64,000 nt of DNA from a virus, in the IMG/VR virus record IMGVR_UViG_3300047378_000694, positions 106,116-170,115 of that record, one strand, 5' to 3'. The position numbers and the translations under genes were made by a program. The number at the start of each line of letters is the position of its first letter. Position 1 is the stretch's first letter. This document shows positions 9,799 through 18,256 of this stretch, piece by piece. The notes beneath the pieces were generated by a model. The model did not search any database. It was given only the letters and a program-made list of their open reading frames with translations, and was not told the DNA's origin.

Positions 9799-11170
9799 TT
9801 GCTTCCTTGCATAGCGCAAAGAAGTCTGCCATTTCCGGAAATGTTTTTTCAAAATCGAGATTGCGTCTGCGATCATGTTCCTTGAAAAAGTTCCAAAAAT
9901 CTTTGCGACCTTCACGTACTTTGTTTACATCATAAGTTGTATTTTTCATGTAGTCAACTACTCGGCGAAACTTTTCATATTCCATTTCGCTAAAATGTTC
10001 TTTACTGCCTTCTTTGGTGTTATCTTTAATAAATTGTAAATGACTTTCCATGTACGGCAAATACGTTTCTTTAGGCAAAATATTAATATCGTGCTGCAAA
10101 GGCTCTTTTAGATAAGGAGTATCAAAGTGTATACGCTGCCAACGTCCACTATCTACATTATTATACTTACGTCTTTGTTCTAATATTTTTTCTAGCAATG
10201 TTTCAAATGTTGTTACACTAAACAAACTAAACGTAATCATATATGTTACTGGTGCTGTTGTGCTTTGCATAAAATAATCAAAGTTGCGTTCAAACACATT
10301 AAGATCAAGTCCGTCTCTAATATACTCAGCACGTTCGTTCCATGTGTCTAAACTTGTAAACAACTTAAATGATTTAATTTTATTTTGTGTAAGCAAACTG
10401 TTCACACTATCAGTAAACTTAGCCAGCTGACGTTCTTTGCCGCCAAAGTTACTGTTTACATTAAGTTCAAGATTTGGCTTAGGTTCTTTTTCAAGTTCGT
10501 CAAATAGTCTATATGTACTTTTTTGCATCGTAGGCTCACCGCCTGTAACACGTAAAATGTTTAGTGTTTTACTAACTTCAGGCCACCAGTTCCACCATGC
10601 ACGTACATATGGATTGCTGTCTTCTTCATATACTTTAAACCAGTCAACATCGCATCTATGATTCTTTGCCATATCGTAAGGACCGTGTTGTCTAATTTCT
10701 TGGTGAAAGCGACTGCTTGCTTTTGGATGACAATAACTACACCGGAAGTTACACTCATTACCAAACGAAACTTCAATATACTCAGGATTTACATTAAAGT
10801 CCCAAGGATTAAATTTAATTTCTTGCAAACGTTGTTCGTTATAGATACTACCACTGCGAATGTGTCTATCACTAATATAGTCATCGCCCATATTTTCAAT
10901 ATTCCAGCAATAGTTACAACCAACACATTGCTTGCCTTCTAACATCTCTTTGCGTTCTTGTTTTTTATGTTTGGTGTTGTGTAACGCACTTGGATTGGTT
11001 AACAGTTCGTCAACATCGATCTTGTGTGGTGCTGGATGATAACAACTATGTGTTTCACCTGTTTGTAAATATATTGTTGTATGATACCATTTTGCAAAAC
11101 AAAAAGTCGGCGAAAAATGCCGAGTAGTAATATCATTAATGTGTTTTACTCTATCTGTTTGATTTGACAT
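9785..11170 (-). CDS. Radical SAM enzyme with N-terminal twitch-like domain
   Basis: FCFAKW...HSCYHP...CNYC, then CNFRCSYC, TGGEPT, NSN. Confidence 0.9.
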   Translation of the reverse strand: MSNQTDRVKHINDITTRHFSPTFCFAKWYHTTIYLQTGETHSCYHPAPHKIDVDELLTNPSALHNTKHKKQERKEMLEGKQCVGCNYCWNIENMGDDYISDRHIRSGSIYNEQRLQEIKFNPWDFNVNPEYIEVSFGNECNFRCSYCHPKASSRFHQEIRQHGPYDMAKNHRCDVDWFKVYEEDSNPYVRAWWNWWPEVSKTLNILRVTGGEPTMQKSTYRLFDELEKEPKPNLELNVNSNFGGKERQLAKFTDSVNSLLTQNKIKSFKLFTSLDTWNERAEYIRDGLDLNVFERNFDYFMQSTTAPVTYMITFSLFSVTTFETLLEKILEQRRKYNNVDSGRWQRIHFDTPYLKEPLQHDINILPKETYLPYMESHLQFIKDNTKEGSKEHFSEMEYEKFRRVVDYMKNTTYDVNKVREGRKDFWNFFKEHDRRRNLDFEKTFPEMADFFALCKEANDTF

Positions 11171-12099
11171 TATCGACCTTTGCGTGGTATCCTTGACGGA
11201 TTTTGATATAGTGTTTTAAAGAAATGACTTTGCTGTGCATTTAGACATTCTTCGGCAATCGGAATTTCAAGTTCGTTAATTAACATACTTCCAAGTTCTT
11301 CAATTGTTTCATTTAGATTTTCTTCAGTTACTTCTAACGATTCCCAATACCGATTGAGCCATTCAAAGTCACGAACATTTACAAAGTCCCAATCTGTACA
11401 CATTGTTTTGTATAAGCCTTCTCTAGCACCGTATATTGCCCAACGTCCGTTTTCTGCATCTGCGCCAATCATTAGCCAGACATACAATCGGTGTAAGTTT
11501 TTCCAATGATTTTTCTTAAACGCATCTACACTAGGCTTCATGCCTCTATCAAGTGCCATTTTAACACCTTCTCTAAATCCGGCACGCCATGCTTGGTGTG
11601 GTGTATGATTATTCATAATTTCACTGTGGCACTGATTAATCTGGATATATTCCATATCCCAACAAAAGTCAACTTGTGCATGTGGATTATTTGGGTCTGC
11701 ATTTTCATGTGTGCGCATGTTAAGCACTTTTTCTTTAGGCCAACACTTAATACCGCCATTGCCATACATTAATCCGTTGATAGTGTTTTTTGCACTCCAA
11801 CTTACTACACAGTCTTCAAACTTAATTGCCTTATTCCAATGTGCATCTTCGTGTGAATCTAAATCAAACTCTCTGCCAAGAAACTCTGCATTAACAATAT
11901 TATCGCCATCAATAGTAATAAAGCGATCAGTTTCGCTTAGTTCGGCACAAGCCTTGTGTGCAGCGTCTGAGCCTTCGACTCCATGCACACGTTTAGCCCA
12001 AGGAACTTTACTACACAAATCTGCATAATTTTTTTCTGCATTTGGCTCGTCATAACTTAGATAAATGATATCATAATCTAAAATACGGAATTTGCTCAT
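11170..12099 (-). CDS. Putative GT-A fold glycosyltransferase
   Basis: DIIYLSYDEPNAE.N, AHKACA, IDGD (DxD), YGNGGIK, AWRAGFREGVK. Confidence 0.6.
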   Translation of the reverse strand: MSKFRILDYDIIYLSYDEPNAEKNYADLCSKVPWAKRVHGVEGSDAAHKACAELSETDRFITIDGDNIVNAEFLGREFDLDSHEDAHWNKAIKFEDCVVSWSAKNTINGLMYGNGGIKCWPKEKVLNMRTHENADPNNPHAQVDFCWDMEYIQINQCHSEIMNNHTPHQAWRAGFREGVKMALDRGMKPSVDAFKKNHWKNLHRLYVWLMIGADAENGRWAIYGAREGLYKTMCTDWDFVNVRDFEWLNRYWESLEVTEENLNETIEELGSMLINELEIPIAEECLNAQQSHFFKTLYQNPSRIPRKGR

Positions 12100-12668
12100 A
12101 GTAAAACCTCGTGATAATATTCTTCGAATCTCTTTATAGTATAAATGCTAATTGCATTTGCGTCAAGTTCTAAATCACTTGAAAATTCAAATTTAAGAAC
12201 ATCGTTTGCTAAATCGGCTGTGTTAACACTAATAAACTGATGCAGTACATGCGGATCATTTTTATTTGTAATACTAAATCCTAACTGACTTTTATATACA
12301 AGTTTACCTTTGCGTAAATTATCAGATATAGCTTCGTCAAGTTTTATTTGCCAACAACTATTTTTTATATCTTGTGTAATAGTAATATCAGGACGAGATA
12401 AGGAAATATTTGGAATTTGATATATTTGATCGTTAATATCAAACCGATGTTCGTCTTCGATAAATCGATGCATTAATTTATGTGCTTTTGTTAAATTATC
12501 AAATATTACAACATAATTACTTACAACTTCTTTGCCAGTAATTAAATTAGCAACTTCGTCATAGTCAACTTTGATATAATTACTACCCTCCTTGAAACTG
12601 TTGCCAATTTGAGTAATTGAGCCTTCTTCATCGAAATATACATATCGTGTTGTTGATAATTGTAGCAT
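12096..12668 (-). CDS. Hypothetical protein in the glycosyltransferase cluster
   Basis: 190-aa ORF translationally coupled to both neighbours. Confidence 0.6.
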   Translation of the reverse strand: MLQLSTTRYVYFDEEGSITQIGNSFKEGSNYIKVDYDEVANLITGKEVVSNYVVIFDNLTKAHKLMHRFIEDEHRFDINDQIYQIPNISLSRPDITITQDIKNSCWQIKLDEAISDNLRKGKLVYKSQLGFSITNKNDPHVLHQFISVNTADLANDVLKFEFSSDLELDANAISIYTIKRFEEYYHEVLL

Positions 12669-13510
12669 TATATTCCTAGTTGTGTTTCGTATGTTTTTAT
12701 AATTTTTTCATTACAAAAATTATCTTCTGTATAATGAAAAATACCTTTTTGTGTGTAATTTCCAATTGTTAGTTGACACTTGTTATTTAAGTAAACACCT
12801 AGCTGTTGTTGCCAGTTGTTGACATATAATTTATCCCAATTTTGGTTGTGTAATTTCATGTGAGTGAACGTAGGATAACTTGTGTTTAGTGTAACGTTGT
12901 GTTCGCATCCTAAAATTTTTGTAGCAATTGCACAACTGACGTCCATACTTGGCCATTTTTGGAAATACTTACCGCCGGCATATTGCCCATAAAATAGTTC
13001 CCAATTGTGCATAATAAGTTCAACTAATTTAAAAAATTCATGTGCAGTATTGCTTTTTTTAAACCAATGACACCCAACATATATATTAGGCAAATGATGA
13101 TTTCTAAATGCTTTTCTGTAATATGTATTATCAGCTATATCGCCACGGTATGTCAACACCTTATTTACAAAATACAAATCTTTGTTTTTCATTAAATCGT
13201 GCCAATGTGAAATATCAGATAACACCAGCATATCAGTATCAATTACTACTGTTTCATCAAATGGAGTCGCATGATATATTTTCCATCTATTTTCAATTTT
13301 CCATTGACTGCTTTCAGCTTCGTCTTTCCACGGAATGTCAACAACATGATCAAATAACTGTTTGTATTTTTCTGGAATCTTGTCGTTTGTAATTAGTGCA
13401 ATTTTACTTTTTGGATTTGTTAGTTTAATGCTCATAGCTGCAACACTAGCTTGTTGTACGTAATCAACTTCGCTATTTTGTGCAAACATTGTAAAATTAA
13501 TACTCATCAA
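12668..13510 (-). CDS. Putative GT-A glycosyltransferase (GT8/mannosyltransferase-like)
   Basis: DYVQQA..AAMSIK, TPFDETVVIDTDML (DxD). Confidence 0.65.
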   Translation of the reverse strand: MMSINFTMFAQNSEVDYVQQASVAAMSIKLTNPKSKIALITNDKIPEKYKQLFDHVVDIPWKDEAESSQWKIENRWKIYHATPFDETVVIDTDMLVLSDISHWHDLMKNKDLYFVNKVLTYRGDIADNTYYRKAFRNHHLPNIYVGCHWFKKSNTAHEFFKLVELIMHNWELFYGQYAGGKYFQKWPSMDVSCAIATKILGCEHNVTLNTSYPTFTHMKLHNQNWDKLYVNNWQQQLGVYLNNKCQLTIGNYTQKGIFHYTEDNFCNEKIIKTYETQLGI

Positions 13511-14339
13511 TCATCCTATTCAAACTAAATTTATTCATGATATGAACATTACAATCCTTTATGTAAAGCGGAAAATAATCTACTCTATCTTTCTTTTGCA
13601 TCAATAACTTAATAGTATTATCCTTAATTTCATAACATACATCTTTATCAGTTGAATAATACTTTTTACCAGGCATTTGTCCAATAAAGTTTCCTGACAT
13701 ATGTCCGTTGAGTATATGTGCTGCAATACTAAATGCAAAGTCATTTCTAAATGTTAATGATTGTATTCTATATAGATTACGATAGTGTGCCCAATTATCT
13801 TTTATATGTGTAACTAAATTAAAGTACATTTTAGTTTTTGGAGATTTTTTAAAATAGATAATAGTTGCCCAATAAAAATCAATACCGTTAGGAGAAATGT
13901 GATTAAATTCAGCAGTATCTCGCCAACCCGATAAATCAACTGCATCTTTGTACAACAAAAGATCATTATGTTGTTCGAAGCAATGTTTTAGTGTATCATT
14001 ACATAATATGTAATCAGTGTCCATTACGATAGTTTCGTCATAAGGAGACAGATCGTAAACTTTATCTCGACTAGCATTTTTCCATTGTAACTTATATTCT
14101 GTATGAGCACCGTCTCGAAATGTTTTATAATTGTTTATACTAGAATTGTCAATTTCAACGATGTTATCAAACACAGATACTTTATCTTTATAATTTTCAT
14201 AAAGATATCCACTGTTACTTGTAACTAGAGTAACAGGTATTTCTAAGTAGTTTTTTATTCGTTCTGCACAAAATATTGCTTGTTTTATATAATCGACTTG
14301 ATTGTTATTACATGCAATTAAAAGAGCACCTTTGCTCAT
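13497..14339 (-). CDS. Putative GT-A glycosyltransferase, paralogue of 12668..13510
   Basis: DYIKQA, SPYDETIVMDTDYI (DxD), FRNDFAFSIA. Confidence 0.65.
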   Translation of the reverse strand: MSKGALLIACNNNQVDYIKQAIFCAERIKNYLEIPVTLVTSNSGYLYENYKDKVSVFDNIVEIDNSSINNYKTFRDGAHTEYKLQWKNASRDKVYDLSPYDETIVMDTDYILCNDTLKHCFEQHNDLLLYKDAVDLSGWRDTAEFNHISPNGIDFYWATIIYFKKSPKTKMYFNLVTHIKDNWAHYRNLYRIQSLTFRNDFAFSIAAHILNGHMSGNFIGQMPGKKYYSTDKDVCYEIKDNTIKLLMQKKDRVDYFPLYIKDCNVHIMNKFSLNRMIDEY

Positions 14340-14680
14340 GTTTCGATAATACCTTCAACTGATCTATTTGATATAAGTTTGTCGTATTCGACAAAGTACT
14401 TGTTGCTTGCTTGAAAGTATGTGTTACTAATACCTTCTTGAAAATTATCAATTTCTACATTTACTGGAATGTTATTATTGTCAGTAATTACAATTTCGTC
14501 TTGACCAGAATTTTTCATTGAATAACAAAATGTAATCAACTCCTTCGTAGCTGTAAAAGTTCCACCTTTATAATAATAAAGTAAATCTTCTTGATATTTT
14601 TCTTTTAATATGCGCCGCTGATTGTCTAGAGTAATCATATAATTACTAAATTCAAGTGCTTTTTGTAGCCGTTCGTCCAT
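14336..14680 (-). CDS. Hypothetical protein (possible tail-fibre-associated chaperone)
   Basis: 114 aa, GGAG SD, first gene after the sigma70 promoter. Confidence 0.55.
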   Translation of the reverse strand: MDERLQKALEFSNYMITLDNQRRILKEKYQEDLLYYYKGGTFTATKELITFCYSMKNSGQDEIVITDNNNIPVNVEIDNFQEGISNTYFQASNKYFVEYDKLISNRSVEGIIET

Positions 14681-14702
14681 TACAAATCTCCATTATCGTT
14701 TT

Positions 14703-14731
14703 ATTATATACGATAAATGAACAAATGTCAA
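14703..14731 (-). promoter_or_regulatory. Perfect sigma70 promoter driving the glycosyltransferase/radical-SAM operon
   Basis: Minus strand reads TTGACA-tttgttcatttatcgta (17 nt)-TATAAT. Confidence 0.85.
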
Positions 14732-14734
14732 CGA

Positions 14735-15769
14735 TTATTCTGGTTGTGGATTTGCGTCTTCGAGTGTGTGTATGTTTGTAATATTAGTGCCATTTACAGG
14801 ACCTGTATTATCTACCGCAGTATAGGTTGCACTATTGTAAGTAAATGAACTGTCAGCATCATATGTAGTTACAGAACTATTAAGTGTACCGTTTACTGTT
14901 TCGTCAATTGGATCGTCATCGCCGCCTGGATCAACACCTTGGCCACCTGTACCAGTATCGCCATCAACAAAGCGAATTTTTAAACGTAGTTTGTCAGCAG
15001 TAAAATATCCAAGTATATCATAACGGTTATCTGAGTATACTCCACTGCCCGTTTTACGAAACAGTATTCTGTATTCAGTTGTTGAAAGGTCTTTTAACCC
15101 TCTGTATACTGTTCCTGAATCGGCACTAGTATTGCATTTATCTATTTTAATTGTACCACAGGCCGATAGTAGATCAGCCCAGTCTAACGACTTAGCTCCA
15201 GATGCGCCTGTGAGAGAAGGATTGAAATAAATGCGTCCGCCGCTGTCAATCCATTTTTGCATACGATTTGCAGTACTAAAATTAATTGTCAAAATGTGAT
15301 GCAGTGTAGCATTATTTGCAGCTACACCCCAATTTGAAGTTCTTCCGGCGCCGGCACTAGCAGCAAGAGCAAAACTAGCATCAGGAAATCTTAGATGGTC
15401 TGCATCAACACTAAACGAAAATGCTTCAATGCTAGTTGCTACTGCTTCGTAATCGTTATAACCCATTTGTGCAGAGTTTGCTACTGCACTTTGAGATCCA
15501 TCAGATTGATCATGTGCTAAAGAAGTATCTGCGCCAATTGTTTGTCCAGTTGCCGGAGGTGTAAGTGCAGGCAAGCTATCATTTTGATGCACGTATGCAC
15601 TGGTTAGATCTAAAAATAAATTAACATGCTCATCATCTTCAACAGTAGTATCGTCTACTTGATCAGCACAACGTATTGTCTGACCGTACAAGGTGTCATA
15701 CACATTATCAACCGAGTCTTTGATACTATTGTAGTTTGCTGCTGTAATTGATCCACCGACAGCTACCAT
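14735..15769 (-). CDS. Virion structural protein (tail/baseplate-associated), paralogue of 15771..16703
   Basis: MAVG..I.A..YN.I, YGQ, AY.HQN.SLPALT, FNSGG/DSGG motifs shared with the neighbour. Confidence 0.6.
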   Translation of the reverse strand: MVAVGGSITAANYNSIKDSVDNVYDTLYGQTIRCADQVDDTTVEDDEHVNLFLDLTSAYVHQNDSLPALTPPATGQTIGADTSLAHDQSDGSQSAVANSAQMGYNDYEAVATSIEAFSFSVDADHLRFPDASFALAASAGAGRTSNWGVAANNATLHHILTINFSTANRMQKWIDSGGRIYFNPSLTGASGAKSLDWADLLSACGTIKIDKCNTSADSGTVYRGLKDLSTTEYRILFRKTGSGVYSDNRYDILGYFTADKLRLKIRFVDGDTGTGGQGVDPGGDDDPIDETVNGTLNSSVTTYDADSSFTYNSATYTAVDNTGPVNGTNITNIHTLEDANPQPE

Positions 15770-15770
15770 G

Positions 15771-16703
15771 CTATACTCCTAGTGTTTGTGTATTTGTATA
15801 AACCGGAGATACAACTTCAACATAGTCGCTTGATAATGCGTTTGAATAAGTTGCACGTTGTTGTTCTACAATACTTCTAAATGTGCCGCCTACTGGTTCG
15901 TCAATGCCAGAAGCACCATTGCCTGGATCTAATGGTTCTCCGTCAGTGTACGATACTTTAAAAGTTATTTTAGTTGATGTACTATTCATTTTTGCTTGAT
16001 AGGTGATATTATTATTTTCATATGCACCTGCTCCTGGTTCGTAATACCATATATTAACATAGTTTCCGCCTGGTGTCAAGTCATAAGCACCAATATTATA
16101 ATCAGTACCAGAGCCAGCAACTGTATCTGTATAACTAAACTTTACAACTCCTACAGTAGTGCAGATGCTATTCCAGTTTGAATATTTTGCACCAGATCCA
16201 TCAGATATTGACGAGCGAGTTCTTACTTCGCCGCCACTATTAAAAAATGCACGTAACTGATCAGCATTACTAAAAGTTACTTCCCATTCGTGTATAATGA
16301 CAGGAGTTCCAGGCTGCCCCCAATCAGTGCTGCGGTTTACTGCTAGTTTAGATTCAGTTGATACTTGATTAATATTATAGCTTAAGGCATTGGTTTCAAC
16401 GTCAACTGCAATTGATTCGTATTCGGCGTATACACTATCAGTAATATCGTCACTTGTAACAATATCAGTTAACGCCGGAAGACTATTATTTTGATGTGCA
16501 TATGCTTTTGTTAAATCAGTTTTAAGAGTTTGCATATGAGTAGAATTAACCACAGTTGGGCTATTATTTACATTTGTAGGCAAGCTACTACTTGAAACAG
16601 CTTGTCCATATCCAAATGTTGTTGATCCGATACCCAATACTTTGCTTGCTCTTGCTTGTATTTGATTGTACCTTGCAACAGAGATAATATCTCCGACAGC
16701 CAT
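15771..16703 (-). CDS. Virion structural protein (tail/baseplate-associated)
   Basis: Shares motifs with 14735..15769; TATAAATA late promoter upstream (16726-16733, minus strand). Confidence 0.6.
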   Translation of the reverse strand: MAVGDIISVARYNQIQARASKVLGIGSTTFGYGQAVSSSSLPTNVNNSPTVVNSTHMQTLKTDLTKAYAHQNNSLPALTDIVTSDDITDSVYAEYESIAVDVETNALSYNINQVSTESKLAVNRSTDWGQPGTPVIIHEWEVTFSNADQLRAFFNSGGEVRTRSSISDGSGAKYSNWNSICTTVGVVKFSYTDTVAGSGTDYNIGAYDLTPGGNYVNIWYYEPGAGAYENNNITYQAKMNSTSTKITFKVSYTDGEPLDPGNGASGIDEPVGGTFRSIVEQQRATYSNALSSDYVEVVSPVYTNTQTLGV

Positions 16704-16729
16704 ACGATTCTCCTATTTTATGTGTATAT

Positions 16730-18223
16730 TTATACCTTTAAAATACACTCTACTAATTTTTCGGCTTCGTCGCTGTTTGTTTCTAATGCTACACCTACTA
16801 ACGATCCACCGTTGATTGCAGTATTTGCACATCCATTATCGTGTACATATACTGCCTGTCCTTTTTTAACTGGTCCAGTAATACGCACCGGAACACGGCC
16901 TTTAAGACCAATGTATTGTCCTTCGGCTTCACTATTCATCATAATTGCAGGGTCAGTTGATACAACACCTATTGCTATACAACCCATACTAGTTGCTTCT
17001 ACTTCATACTCTTCGTGTGAAGAAACACAAACTACTGTTCCAGGAATTAATTCTTCTGCTGTTGTATACTTTTCTGCTAAATCAGCATAACGTGCCTGTG
17101 TTGCTGTTCCAGTAAAAATATTTGCAGTTAAATTACCGCTTGCATCTCTGGCTGCAATTGTATTATTATTTGCACTAGTCGACGCACTTCGATAATTTCC
17201 TGATACTTCTAGTGTATTTGCTTGTGTTGCTGTTCCAGTAAATGTTGTAGCATACATATTAACTAATGGGTTAGATGATGTGCCTATGGTACTAGTTGTA
17301 ATTCCAGGAAAAATTGCTGTATCTGTAATTATCCAACGATCAGAATCAGCATTGTTTGAGATACGTATTTCGTCTCTATGCATTTGCATTCTTGGTGTTT
17401 CATTGTCTGCGCCAATTTTTACTGTTAAGTCAGTGCCATCGCCTAATGTAAATCCAGCATCGCTAAAATTTGCAATGCTGCTAAAGTTTAACGAGCCAGT
17501 CTGAACAAAATCACTTGGACTGTATGTGTTTGTTCCGTCAGTAAGTTTTAGTGATGCGCTTGATGTACCCCAATAATAATTTACATTACCCCTTGAGTCG
17601 GTGTTTGATTTACCCGAAACATCAACTGCTCTTAGTGTATATCCTGCTTTGATAGTAGTCCAATCACTCGATGACCATTCATCACTTAGTTCAGGTTGCG
17701 TAGCATTTACTGTAAATTCTGCCTCGCTAATTATTCCAACAATAAAATCATCTGCATATGCTGCAATTACATTACGATCAACATTTGCACTATCTTTAAG
17801 TTTGATTGTTTTCATTTCAGTTACTTGAGCAGCAGTTGCCTGCGGTCCAATTAAGTTCCATTCATTGTTTGAATTTTTACCATATAACTGATTGGTTGTA
17901 GAATTCCACCATAGATCACCTTCTGCAAAACCTACAGGCTGCAAATCACTGACTTCGGCACCAGCTGTTGTTTTAAAATTAGTTCCATCATATACTTTTA
18001 ATCTTTCAGCAGTTGCATCATACCATAGTTGGCCTGTAATTGCTTTTGTAGGTGCAGCAGTTCCTTGGAAGTTTTCTAGTAAGAATAAAAAGTTTTCGTT
18101 TTGTTGCTCGCCATAACCAGCAAAGTTTTTACCAATTAACTTTAATTCGGTCGTGTTATCAACTGTTCCATCTTCAACTGTAACTAGTTGTGAACCATTA
18201 TATTTGTTAATTATATAAGCCAT
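16730..18223 (-). CDS. Tail fibre protein with C-terminal intramolecular chaperone/autocleavage-type domain
   Basis: Shared baseplate-binding N-terminus (GYGE..NENF..LLENF...GQLWYD); C-terminal ARYADLAEKY...GRVPVRI.GPV.KG. Confidence 0.75.
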   Translation of the reverse strand: MAYIINKYNGSQLVTVEDGTVDNTTELKLIGKNFAGYGEQQNENFLFLLENFQGTAAPTKAITGQLWYDATAERLKVYDGTNFKTTAGAEVSDLQPVGFAEGDLWWNSTTNQLYGKNSNNEWNLIGPQATAAQVTEMKTIKLKDSANVDRNVIAAYADDFIVGIISEAEFTVNATQPELSDEWSSSDWTTIKAGYTLRAVDVSGKSNTDSRGNVNYYWGTSSASLKLTDGTNTYSPSDFVQTGSLNFSSIANFSDAGFTLGDGTDLTVKIGADNETPRMQMHRDEIRISNNADSDRWIITDTAIFPGITTSTIGTSSNPLVNMYATTFTGTATQANTLEVSGNYRSASTSANNNTIAARDASGNLTANIFTGTATQARYADLAEKYTTAEELIPGTVVCVSSHEEYEVEATSMGCIAIGVVSTDPAIMMNSEAEGQYIGLKGRVPVRITGPVKKGQAVYVHDNGCANTAINGGSLVGVALETNSDEAEKLVECILKV

Positions 18224-18256
18224 GTATATCTACCCTTTTTATGTTACAGTATTTAT

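Noticed and set aside
1327-11170. 7-deazaguanine/archaeosine DNA-modification pathway
   Set aside because: No QueC, QueD, FolE or DpdA in the window; the radical SAMs are twitch-type rather than QueE, and the amidinotransferase is AGAT/StrB1-type rather than ArcS/QueF-like
5178-11170. RiPP cluster (SPASM peptide maturases)
   Set aside because: No short precursor ORF, RRE/PqqD domain or transporter is visible, and neighbours are glycosyltransferase-like; cannot be fully excluded
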